The position numbers and the translations under genes are program-made. Below, one piece after another: positions 9,048-16,331 of a DNA stretch of 20,000 nucleotides. Each line of letters opens with the position of its first letter. The stretch's first letter is position 1. Origin of the DNA: an uncultured virus (IMG/VR IMGVR_UViG_3300037963_002172) (lineage: Duplodnaviria; Heunggongvirae; Uroviricota; Caudoviricetes); IMG/VR virus record IMGVR_UViG_3300037963_002172. One strand, written 5' to 3'. The notes beneath the pieces were generated by a model. It was not told the origin of the DNA, ran no database searches, and was given only the letters and a program-made list of their open reading frames with translations.

Positions 9048-9334
9048 TCCTGAATTTTTTCTCTTATAACTTGATAGTCCACATCTTCTTCCATTTTTTT
9101 GGATACTACATCTATTCCGTGTAGTATTGATGAGTGGCTTATCTTGTATCCGTTTTTGGTAAGATATTCCTGAATGTAAGTAAGTCTGATTTGTCTGTCA
9201 TAACACCCATAATATAATAAGTGTCGAGCATCTACAACCTTTCTTTCTTTTGTCTTGGTGAAAAGCTTTTCTTTGGTAATATCGTAGATGGAACATACGT
9301 TCTCTGCTATTTGATTAAAAATTGGTTCTTTCAT
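9029..9334 (-). CDS. second stand-alone DnaA domain IV-like protein
   Basis: VCSIYDITKEKLFTKTKERKVVDARHLLYY...SHSSILHGIDVV. Confidence 0.72.
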   Translation of the reverse strand: MKEPIFNQIAENVCSIYDITKEKLFTKTKERKVVDARHLLYYGCYDRQIRLTYIQEYLTKNGYKISHSSILHGIDVVSKKMEEDVDYQVIREKIQECVTLS

Positions 9335-9482
9335 TAATTTTGTTTTTATTAAAAATTTTATTCCACTGTTCTCTTTCTTTCTGAATTTGTTTTAGTTGCT
9401 GAGCAGCAGCTAACAAGTTATCCATTAAGTTGTCTATAGTTTTGATTGGCTTTGACTTGGCCTTGTAATAAGTATTTTGCAT
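9315..9482 (-). CDS. small hypothetical protein (55 aa, MQNTYYKAKSKP...)
   Basis: Translated by hand; preceded by an AAACAAACAA leader. Confidence 0.55.
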   Translation of the reverse strand: MQNTYYKAKSKPIKTIDNLMDNLLAAAQQLKQIQKEREQWNKIFNKNKINERTNF

Positions 9483-9501
9483 TTGTTTGTTTGTTGTTTG
9501 T

Positions 9502-9592
9502 AAAAAGAGAGAGACACAAAAACATTTAATATTTGGATATTATTAGAGTGCGTTGTGCACGTGCCTCTCTCCCAAATTTACATTATGAAAAC
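9502..9592 (-). ncRNA. putative small RNA or terminated leader
   Basis: Begins just after the 9598-9629 promoter; closing stem GAGAGAGGCAC/GUGUCUCUCUC followed by a U run. Confidence 0.4.
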
Positions 9593-9597
9593 TTCAG

Positions 9598-9629
9598 TAA
9601 ATATAAATAATGTTTATAGATTGTGCAAA
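9598..9629 (-). promoter_or_regulatory. Bacteroidota sigma-A-type promoter
   Basis: TTTG (9629-9626), 20 nt, TATATTTA (9605-9598). Confidence 0.6.
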
Positions 9630-9914
9630 TTATTTCTGACTTTTTAATTTCTCAATTTCGAATTGTAGATGGGCTATTGCTTTGGTAAGACATTCTATAC
9701 CGCCATCGTTGTGCTTTCGCTTGGAACGTAAGCAGTAAGTTACAGCATTCCCTACGTGATAAGAACAATTAAAATCATCAACAACATAGCGTGCTTGGTA
9801 TTTACCTACACGATGAGTGTTGCCTACATAATATTCAGGCACTCTTTTGTCGCTTGTTGACTGGGTTGTGTCTCGATTTCTGTCGGTGTCCCAATAGTAT
9901 TTACTATGCTCCAT
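9630..9914 (-). CDS. DUF3310-family protein
   Basis: VPEYY...YHVGNAVTYCLRSKRKH...ECLTKAIAHL resembles the P.HY...GN.IKY..R...K...EDL.KA..YL pattern. Confidence 0.75.
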   Translation of the reverse strand: MEHSKYYWDTDRNRDTTQSTSDKRVPEYYVGNTHRVGKYQARYVVDDFNCSYHVGNAVTYCLRSKRKHNDGGIECLTKAIAHLQFEIEKLKSQK

Positions 9915-10042
9915 TATTGTTCTATGTATTTCTTTTCTTTGTTGTATACAATAAACCCATTTTTTTCTAGCAGCTTTATTGCTTTGTCGATTTCTTTTTG
10001 CTCTGCCCTAAAGGTGTCAAATATTTGATTGTGTATTACCAT
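9914..10042 (-). CDS. small hypothetical protein (42 aa, MVIHNQIFDTFR...)
   Basis: Translated by hand; TAATG coupling to the DUF3310 gene. Confidence 0.6.
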   Translation of the reverse strand: MVIHNQIFDTFRAEQKEIDKAIKLLEKNGFIVYNKEKKYIEQ

Positions 10043-10052
10043 TTGAATTTTT

Positions 10053-10451
10053 TTAAAAGTTTAACAACATATCTTTAGCTATCAGTTCCCACACCTTTTT
10101 TTCTAGGTGCTTAAGGTCTAAGCTAACTTCTAATTCTCTCTGAACGTTAAGAGCATAATGTTTCTCGGGTAACAATTGAATGATTACTCCCCCTGCATAT
10201 CTGATAACTTCGGTAGAGTTAGGTAATAGTTTAAAACCTAAATCAACCACACTTAAATCGTGGTCTCTATACATATTCTCATAAGTTTTCATTGTCATCA
10301 GCTGCCCAGTCTTTCTAAATGTAGTTAGACTCATCTTGCCTTTGTCTAATGATTGTTGTAGAGTTTGTATTATTTTTTTTCTTGGCGACTTCTGTGTCTT
10401 TTCCAATAAAATTTCTGCGTTAAGCAGTCTCCTTGGTTTCTTGAATTTCAT
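10053..10451 (-). CDS. hypothetical protein
   Basis: 132 aa ORF; TATATTTA promoter-like box at 10475-10482. Confidence 0.7.
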   Translation of the reverse strand: MKFKKPRRLLNAEILLEKTQKSPRKKIIQTLQQSLDKGKMSLTTFRKTGQLMTMKTYENMYRDHDLSVVDLGFKLLPNSTEVIRYAGGVIIQLLPEKHYALNVQRELEVSLDLKHLEKKVWELIAKDMLLNF

Positions 10452-10489
10452 ATAAATAAATTTTAATTATTGTGTAAATATAGTTTAAA

Positions 10490-10684
10490 TTATTGACAAC
10501 TTAAAATTTCTGTGCCTTTGAAATACCAATGGCCATCGACTTTTATTTTGCTGATGGTGGTGATATTAAATTTTTTTCGTCTCTCCTCCACGGACGCTAA
10601 TTTTTTTTCTAGACGTTTAATTTTTTTGGTGAGCTTGACGTTGCGTGCACAAATTTTTGCAGCTGCCTCCGTTGTTAATTGCAT
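10490..10684 (-). CDS. hypothetical basic coiled-coil protein
   Basis: 64 aa ORF co-oriented with its neighbours. Confidence 0.5.
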   Translation of the reverse strand: MQLTTEAAAKICARNVKLTKKIKRLEKKLASVEERRKKFNITTISKIKVDGHWYFKGTEILSCQ

Positions 10685-10773
10685 ATCATTATTATTATTA
10701 ATGTTATTATTACGCCCGCATATGAGATTGCTAAAAATTTCATATTGGCCTCGTACTTTTTATTGTCTTTCAT
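10675..10773 (-). CDS. 32 aa single-pass membrane peptide (MKDNKKYEANMKFLAISYAGVIITLIIIMICN)
   Basis: Translated by hand; fills the gap and overlaps both neighbours. Confidence 0.5.
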   Translation of the reverse strand: MKDNKKYEANMKFLAISYAGVIITLIIIMICN

Positions 10774-10987
10774 TTTTGGTTAGTTTATATTTTGACATAT
10801 CGTTTCTAATTCCACGAGCAAATTTGGCTCTGTGCCTTCGCTCTTTCTCAATGAGGTAAGCTACCTTGAGATTTACTTTTTCTTCTTTACCACTGTATCT
10901 AAAGTAATGATTGAATTGAATATGGTTCTTCGCAAAAATTTTTGCGTGCTCCCTCCGAACCATAAGTTCTTTGGCTACGTGATGCAT
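10760..10987 (-). CDS. hypothetical basic protein
   Basis: TAATG-coupled ORF. Confidence 0.6.
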   Translation of the reverse strand: MHHVAKELMVRREHAKIFAKNHIQFNHYFRYSGKEEKVNLKVAYLIEKERRHRAKFARGIRNDMSKYKLTKNERQ

Positions 10988-11214
10988 TACCCTACGCTTA
11001 TTGTTGAACGAGTAACATTACATCTATCTACCATATTCCAGTAGTGGTCGTAATATTTATCGAACACTTCTTGTGCTTCAGGGGTGTATTCTGTGTGAGT
11101 TCCGCAGTCAACGTTTATATCTGAATCGGTTTTTCCCGCTGCGTAAAAGTCTTTGATTGTTCTATTGCTTGCAAGTGCACAGCAAAGTTCTACTTGATTG
11201 ATTTCTATATACAT
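10987..11214 (-). CDS. hypothetical protein
   Basis: First ORF after the 11243-11274 promoter. Confidence 0.65.
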   Translation of the reverse strand: MYIEINQVELCCALASNRTIKDFYAAGKTDSDINVDCGTHTEYTPEAQEVFDKYYDHYWNMVDRCNVTRSTISVG

Positions 11215-11242
11215 AAGTTTAGTTTGATTGGTTTATAATAGA

Positions 11243-11274
11243 CAAAGGTACAACAATATTTAGACATAGCCAAA
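11243..11274 (-). promoter_or_regulatory. Bacteroidota sigma-A-type promoter
   Basis: TTTG, 20 nt, TACCTTTG: exact -33/-7 consensus. Confidence 0.8.
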
Positions 11275-11295
11275 TATCATTGTACCTTTTTCTGA

Positions 11296-11315
11296 TTGGT
11301 CGTTGACGACTAATT
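11296..11315 (+). repeat. quasi-palindrome copy 3
   Basis: TTGGTCGTTGACGACTAATT. Confidence 0.9.
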
Positions 11316-11552
11316 TTGTCGTGCTTGTTCCAACGCTGTGTTGTAAAAATAGGCCTCGTGATTGTCTAGAAATTCCCAGTAAAAATCTGTGATATCTACA
11401 TTGTTGAGTTCTACTTTTTTTATTGTGAGTTCTTCCTCAGGCGGTTGGTCGTAGTCGTGAGACATATCATTGTAATAGTATTCATACTCCATTACGATAC
11501 AATAGTTCTCGCCCTCTACTACGCAGACTCCATTTTTATCTTTACGTGCCAT
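11310..11552 (-). CDS. hypothetical acidic protein
   Basis: 80 aa ORF. Confidence 0.65.
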   Translation of the reverse strand: MARKDKNGVCVVEGENYCIVMEYEYYYNDMSHDYDQPPEEELTIKKVELNNVDITDFYWEFLDNHEAYFYNTALEQARQN

Positions 11553-11728
11553 ACTGGTTTTTTTGGTTTATAATCTAGTTTAAATTGTTCTAACTTTACG
11601 TTAAGTTTCTTCCCCCAGTAATTGTTGGGGTCTACTTTAAAGTGCACCCACTTGCTATTAAAGTTTGAAGAATATACTTGCGTAAATGATTTGACTGCTT
11701 CATCAGTCCATACAAAATCTGTTTCCAT
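11519..11728 (-). CDS. hypothetical protein
   Basis: 69 aa ORF with an AAACAAACAATT leader. Confidence 0.65.
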   Translation of the reverse strand: METDFVWTDEAVKSFTQVYSSNFNSKWVHFKVDPNNYWGKKLNVKLEQFKLDYKPKKPVWHVKIKMESA

Positions 11729-11743
11729 AATTGTTTGTTTTAA

Positions 11744-11971
11744 TTAATAAAATATCCACATCACAACGTAGAAGATAAACCCTAACATCAGTAAGAATAT
11801 AAAGTCTATCGCTGCTTGCGTGTAGTCCATTTGGTTGTTTTCAAGTTCTTCGACTTGCTGTTTTATTTGTTGAACAGTATCAAGAGTTGCCTCTTTGTTG
11901 TCCTCTGAATCGTGGCCGAATTTTATATCTTCTTCTAGCCATTCAAATAAATTTTTAAGTTTTGGTTTCAT
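11744..11971 (-). CDS. hypothetical protein with a C-terminal transmembrane helix
   Basis: Ends in FIFLLMLGFIFYVVMWIFY. Confidence 0.6.
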   Translation of the reverse strand: MKPKLKNLFEWLEEDIKFGHDSEDNKEATLDTVQQIKQQVEELENNQMDYTQAAIDFIFLLMLGFIFYVVMWIFY

Positions 11972-11975
11972 AATT

Positions 11976-12146
11976 TTAATAAATTTTTAAGGTTGTCCAT
12001 TCTATATCAAAAGAAATTAATTCTTCGTGGTCATCTTCATCTCTGTCCGAGTTGTTATCTATTAACCACTTGTCAACATCGTTTGTAATGTCAACAATGT
12101 AAGTTCTTCCAGTATTTTCGGTAAATCTAATAATTGCTACTTTCAT
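11976..12146 (-). CDS. small acidic hypothetical protein (56 aa, MKVAIIRFTENTGRTY...)
   Basis: Translated by hand; AAACCAAACAATT leader. Confidence 0.6.
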   Translation of the reverse strand: MKVAIIRFTENTGRTYIVDITNDVDKWLIDNNSDRDEDDHEELISFDIEWTTLKIY

Positions 12147-12192
12147 AATTGTTTGGTTTTAAAATTAAACTTCAATGTAAACAAAGCAGAGG

Positions 12193-12837
12193 TTAGCTAG
12201 TAACCTCTTGCTCTGAATACATTTCATTACACACACTGCAATGATAATTCTTGTTGCTGATTTCAGTTGGGTCGAACGTAACTTCTTCCAAGCATACATT
12301 ACAATACTTTGTGTTATCATCTTCCTTATCGTGTATTAACGATAGTGATGAGAACAATGATTGCTGCTGATGGTATCGAGTGTTCGGCTCGTACGTGTAC
12401 CTCTGATAATTCGGTTTAGAATATTTTGGCATTGTAAACCTTTGTCTCATAATTGGCTTTCTGATTGGAAAGCTTTTGTGATACTCCATACTTCCCATAC
12501 TTCTATAACTTGTCTCTTTGTTAATAAAGTATATCCAAGCTGTCAAAATCGTGCCGCTGCCTAGCTTGATAGGTATTCGCTTGCGTTGATAAAACTGCGG
12601 GTGTCCCTCTAGTGAATCAAGTGCAGCAAAGGTATCGTTATTTACTTTGTAGACTTCTACTTCTACGTGGTGTCCATAACCGCTCTTGTCCAACAAGTAA
12701 GGTAGCCCGCTAATCACTAGCGGGTACTTGTCTCTTGTTGACCCTTTGCCAACGAATCGCTGTCCATACAATAAGTGATGATTGTTGCCGCCTTTTTTAA
12801 GCGTGCCATACACCGCTACAACATTGTGCTGCAACAC
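12193..12837 (-). CDS. gamma-glutamylcyclotransferase (AIG2-like) domain with a C-terminal CxxC-CxxC Zn ribbon; probably the 3' half of a GATase-GGCT fusion
   Basis: VAVYGTLKKG, LDSLEGHPQFYQR, AWIY; CNVC...CSVC. Confidence 0.85.
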   Translation of the reverse strand: MLQHNVVAVYGTLKKGGNNHHLLYGQRFVGKGSTRDKYPLVISGLPYLLDKSGYGHHVEVEVYKVNNDTFAALDSLEGHPQFYQRKRIPIKLGSGTILTAWIYFINKETSYRSMGSMEYHKSFPIRKPIMRQRFTMPKYSKPNYQRYTYEPNTRYHQQQSLFSSLSLIHDKEDDNTKYCNVCLEEVTFDPTEISNKNYHCSVCNEMYSEQEVTS

Positions 12838-12960
12838 ATTGGGTTTGGAAAACCATACACCATTGTGCTTAGTCCACTTTTCTTTGTTGTAGATTTCGTA
12901 TTGTCTGTTGCGTTTGTTGTAAGTAATAAATCTAGAATCGTGCTGACCTAGTACTGCTCT

Positions 12961-13314
12961 TCATTGCGGCCTAGCAATAGTCCCTAGTTCGATAGCTAGT
13001 TGCTTGCTGTCGCACATATCGTGAGAGCCATATCCCGCAATAGTCCCATTGTGCATTAGTAACTCGTTAGTGTTGTTACCACATACAAAAGGGTGCGTGT
13101 TTGCTTTGTTTACTTTACCTCTTGTTGCTAATCTGAAATGAGCAATGTAGGGTCTGTTGTTGTCAAGTACTTTCCAGTCTTTTGATTGGTAGTATTTAAC
13201 TTCATTGGTATCCAGAAAAATTACGCCAAGTCCGTGAGGATTGATGCGTGAAGAATTTTTAAGTATCTCTGGCGATACTTGTTTGTCTTTCGACTTTACA
13301 ATAATTATACACAT
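12961..13314 (-). CDS. class II (Ntn) glutamine amidotransferase, interrupted by an in-frame TGA at 12961-12963
   Basis: N-terminal MC, NPHGLG, HFRLATRG, NTHPF, MHNG and DS. The frame stays open after the TGA into the GGCT domain. Confidence 0.85.
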   Translation of the reverse strand: MCIIIVKSKDKQVSPEILKNSSRINPHGLGVIFLDTNEVKYYQSKDWKVLDNNRPYIAHFRLATRGKVNKANTHPFVCGNNTNELLMHNGTIAGYGSHDMCDSKQLAIELGTIARPQ

Positions 13315-13377
13315 AGTTTATTTGTTTGTGAGGTTTGTACTTCTAATATCTGTACGCTGACCTCTGATTAATTTAGA

Positions 13378-13409
13378 CAAAGATACGAAAACATTTAGAC
13401 ATTACCAAA
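13378..13409 (-). promoter_or_regulatory. Bacteroidota sigma-A-type promoter
   Basis: TTTG, 20 nt, TATCTTTG; 31/37 identical to the promoter at 11239-11275. Confidence 0.8.
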
Positions 13410-13485
13410 TTTATTTTATACGAATTTTTATTTCGCATTCTTCATTTGCAGGGTGAGCGGCTGCGGGGTGAGCAGGGTTCAGGCC

Positions 13486-13519
13486 AAAAAAAAAGACCGC
13501 ATAAAGCGGCCTCTTTTTT
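13486..13519 (-). terminator. intrinsic terminator, possibly bidirectional
   Basis: AGGCCGC-UUUAU-GCGGUCU followed by a U run; A run on the other side. Confidence 0.8.
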
Positions 13520-13537
13520 GGTCGTGTACGACTAATT
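13518..13537 (+). repeat. quasi-palindrome copy 4
   Basis: TTGGTCGTGTACGACTAATT. Confidence 0.9.
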
Positions 13538-14225
13538 AGCTGATATCATATCTGCCTACATAGGTGCATTCTTCGGGTAGTGTTACACTATCCACTTCGA
13601 TTACTACTCTGTCGCTACATCTGTAAAGCATATCCATTTCATTTCTGTTAAACACTACGTGTCCATTTTCATAATGGTATTCTCTTAACTTTTTACCATT
13701 TGCATATCTACTTCCTGATAAATCTTTACTTCTTAATCTGTATTTCTTTATCATACGAATTATAAAATCGTGGTCTCTAGTGTCTGAAACGTATCTCTTT
13801 TCCATTAGGTTGTTTGCTTCAGATTGTGCGTCAAAAATTAGCGGCAATACATTTTCCACCATATGCACTTTGCTCCAGTTTAACTCCATATACGTGGTTG
13901 AGCTTTGTCTCAACTTTGGGTGTTGAGAGTGCAAAAACAATTGTTTAAGCGGTTTAAATTGCGTGGCATTTAATCTGACTGTTTGACTATTCCAAACTCC
14001 AGTTCCTATCGGAAATGATAACCCCTTTGCTTCCCAGTTTGCGTAATAAGTGTAGCCACTTCTTTGACTGTCTGACAAAGTTTTAACAAATTTACATCTG
14101 AAATGTTCTTCTTTGTGCGGTGTAATTTGCTGAAAGAAGAAAGATTTCAAAACAATTTTTAGATTGTTTCTTTGTGCTTTTGTAAGCTTTATGCGTGAGT
14201 GCATTAATCTTGTGTGTGTGTTCAT
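13536..14225 (-). CDS. hypothetical protein (229 aa)
   Basis: Long ORF with no recognised motif. Confidence 0.75.
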   Translation of the reverse strand: MNTHTRLMHSRIKLTKAQRNNLKIVLKSFFFQQITPHKEEHFRCKFVKTLSDSQRSGYTYYANWEAKGLSFPIGTGVWNSQTVRLNATQFKPLKQLFLHSQHPKLRQSSTTYMELNWSKVHMVENVLPLIFDAQSEANNLMEKRYVSDTRDHDFIIRMIKKYRLRSKDLSGSRYANGKKLREYHYENGHVVFNRNEMDMLYRCSDRVVIEVDSVTLPEECTYVGRYDIS

Positions 14226-14249
14226 TTTATTTAATTTAAATTATTAATT

Positions 14250-14298
14250 CTGTTTCTGCCTTTTGGCTTCATCAGTAGCAATACACATTGCTAAACAG
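14250..14298 (-). ncRNA. type III hammerhead ribozyme (variant)
   Basis: CUGU-U-UAGCAAU(GUGU)AUUGCUA-CUGAUGA-A-GCC(AAAA)GGC-A-GAAACAG: both conserved core boxes and three stems are present. Confidence 0.78.
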
Positions 14299-14330
14299 GA
14301 GCAGTTTTAACAGGTGCTCAGCTGTGCGAA

Positions 14331-15407
14331 TCATCTTCTGCGGGCAAATTCGATTGCTCTTGCGTTCCATAATCTGAACGCTTTAGGCGTTGTAATTGGC
14401 CTAACAGTGTTGGCATCGAATCGATTATAAATCCAAATAAACTCCATTACTTTTTCATTAATCTTGTTGCTTTTTAGCATTCTTCTGAACGCTTTTGACA
14501 ATTCGATTAACTCGTTTACTTTGGTTTCATTGTCGTTATACATCGACAATAAAATCGGCTTTGCTTTCTTAATAAACTTCGCATAAGTCCCTCTATCATT
14601 GACCGCAAAATCTACTAGCAGCTGCATTAACTTATATCTGTTAATCATTTGCTTTACACTGGTAAAGCGGCTCCACAATCTGAATTCAAGTAATTTGTTA
14701 CCTGATTTCTCGAATATAGGTTGGTACTTCGTACGCTCTTGATTAATTCTAGTCGAATAGCTTTCAGCGTTCGTTCTAGCGGTTATGTTATTGCAGCAAT
14801 ACTGGTTAGCTAATCTTTTACGATTAAGTGCGTAAAGTATTGCGTAATAAGGCCTCATCAGTGCATTTAACTCGCTTGCGGTGTGCTCTGTGCTCGATAC
14901 TGTAATATGTCCCCCACATCTATAAGACCCAGTTTGATTCATCTCATCGCTTTGGCTGTAAGCTTCATCAATTAAAGTGTCGGCCTGATACATCAGGTTA
15001 AACATTTTGTTTCTCCATACAGATGAAGGCACAAGAGGAAGAATATTTGTAATGGCCTCAAGACCGCAGCTGCCATCTCTTTCAATTCCTTTCATTAACT
15101 GGCAAAAATTTTGCAGTTCGCTGCCTCTCAAAACCTCTCTAGATATTCTCGATTTCTCGACTTCCATACCGATAGTAAATTTTGCTTTGTAAACGTATTG
15201 ACCGCTCTCGCAAACTCTCGATATATTACCCGCTCTTTGTCTTGCATTCAGGCCTCTTAAATCAACTTCAAAAGGCGTGCTCGCATAGTTTTCAGGGTTT
15301 GGGCTTTGTTGATATCCCTGAACAACTGTTCTAGAGACTGTACGACCGCTGCTATTTGCAGCTGTTAAGCTTAATTTGTCGTACTTTTTTCCGATTAAAT
15401 TTTTCAT
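14331..15407 (-). CDS. putative amidoligase (glutamine synthetase-like COOH-NH2 ligase, Amidoligase_2-like)
   Basis: FTIGMEVE, ERDGS, LEAIT, CGGHITV and LEFRL; sits beside GATase and GGCT genes. Confidence 0.78.
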   Translation of the reverse strand: MKNLIGKKYDKLSLTAANSSGRTVSRTVVQGYQQSPNPENYASTPFEVDLRGLNARQRAGNISRVCESGQYVYKAKFTIGMEVEKSRISREVLRGSELQNFCQLMKGIERDGSCGLEAITNILPLVPSSVWRNKMFNLMYQADTLIDEAYSQSDEMNQTGSYRCGGHITVSSTEHTASELNALMRPYYAILYALNRKRLANQYCCNNITARTNAESYSTRINQERTKYQPIFEKSGNKLLEFRLWSRFTSVKQMINRYKLMQLLVDFAVNDRGTYAKFIKKAKPILLSMYNDNETKVNELIELSKAFRRMLKSNKINEKVMEFIWIYNRFDANTVRPITTPKAFRLWNARAIEFARRR

Positions 15408-15433
15408 TGTTTGTGTGTGTTTAATTAATAAAT

Positions 15434-16141
15434 TTATTCTACTATTCCGACTGATATTCCAGTGTCAATATCAACAAATTCCTCGCTAGCAATAGGGTTT
15501 CCAGTGTCTACACCAGTTAGAACGCTAACTCCCGCTAATTTGCTCGCTAGAAATTGCATTGCTTTTACGATTTCATCTTGCTCGTTTTTGCTAGTTAGTT
15601 CCATATTTTCGTTAATTCTAACGGCAATATTTCGCTCAGCGTTTTGGTCTACTTCTTTCACTTTAAAAGCTAGCGTGAAGATAGTCGGCACAGTAGCTGA
15701 TACGCTTTCTTCTTCGTTTGTTACCAGTGCTTTGACATATTTGTTAAAATTGTCGATAGAACGAACAACATTTTTTCCGCTTTCTTCTTCTTCGTTACAC
15801 TTCTGTAAAAAATCGCTCACATAGTTCGGGTTAACTGTAGTGCTTTTGTAAGCTTTGCACATTCTGTTCATTTGACTCTGTTTTACGTTAAAAAACTTCA
15901 TCGACATTTCTTCAATTGACCAGATTTGTAAATCATTCTGTTCGAATAATCTTTGTGTAGCTGGTTTCTTTAACCATTTTTTGCATTCTAAAGCTAATTT
16001 TCCTTGCTGAATTTTAGCGTTTAATTTGGTTGCAGTACTAGTGTTAATTTGCTCATCTAATACACTGATTTGAGCGTACGTGTTTTGAAAAGTTCTAGAA
16101 TTTTCTAGCATTTGTCTTTCCATTTCTAATAAATTTCTCAT
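15434..16141 (-). CDS. hypothetical protein, first gene of the leftward arm
   Basis: 235 aa ORF with an A-rich leader. Confidence 0.75.
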   Translation of the reverse strand: MRNLLEMERQMLENSRTFQNTYAQISVLDEQINTSTATKLNAKIQQGKLALECKKWLKKPATQRLFEQNDLQIWSIEEMSMKFFNVKQSQMNRMCKAYKSTTVNPNYVSDFLQKCNEEEESGKNVVRSIDNFNKYVKALVTNEEESVSATVPTIFTLAFKVKEVDQNAERNIAVRINENMELTSKNEQDEIVKAMQFLASKLAGVSVLTGVDTGNPIASEEFVDIDTGISVGIVE

Positions 16142-16270
16142 TTTGTTTTATTTTTTTATGAGATTATGCGGGCAATATTACCCTCGAATTTACTCCTAAT
16201 ATTGTCAAGTTTTACCCTGAAATTAGTCCAGTTTGTCGGCTTGTTGTCTATTAGTCGTGCATTCATAGTG

Positions 16271-16302
16271 TAATAATAGTTTAATTTAATCATATATGCA
16301 AG
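16271..16302 (-). promoter_or_regulatory. putative promoter for the leftward arm
   Basis: CTTG, 20 nt, TATTATTA (degenerate -33/-7). Also reads as TTGCAT-17-TATTAT. Confidence 0.45.
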
Positions 16303-16331
16303 TATTTTCAACAGTATTTTTGCGGCTTGAA

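Noticed and set aside
11445..11459. TTGGTCGTAGTCGTG as a sixth palindrome copy (also the half site TTAGTCGT at 16251)
   Set aside because: Only one arm matches.
12961..12963. Genome-wide TGA recoding or selenocysteine insertion
   Set aside because: Trp is encoded by TGG in the codons I checked, other conserved genes are intact under code 11, TGA ends the amidoligase plausibly, and no SECIS-like hairpin is evident after the codon.
14299..14325. Pistol ribozyme or SAM-II riboswitch
   Set aside because: Only a minimal pseudoknot is present; the remaining conserved elements are missing.
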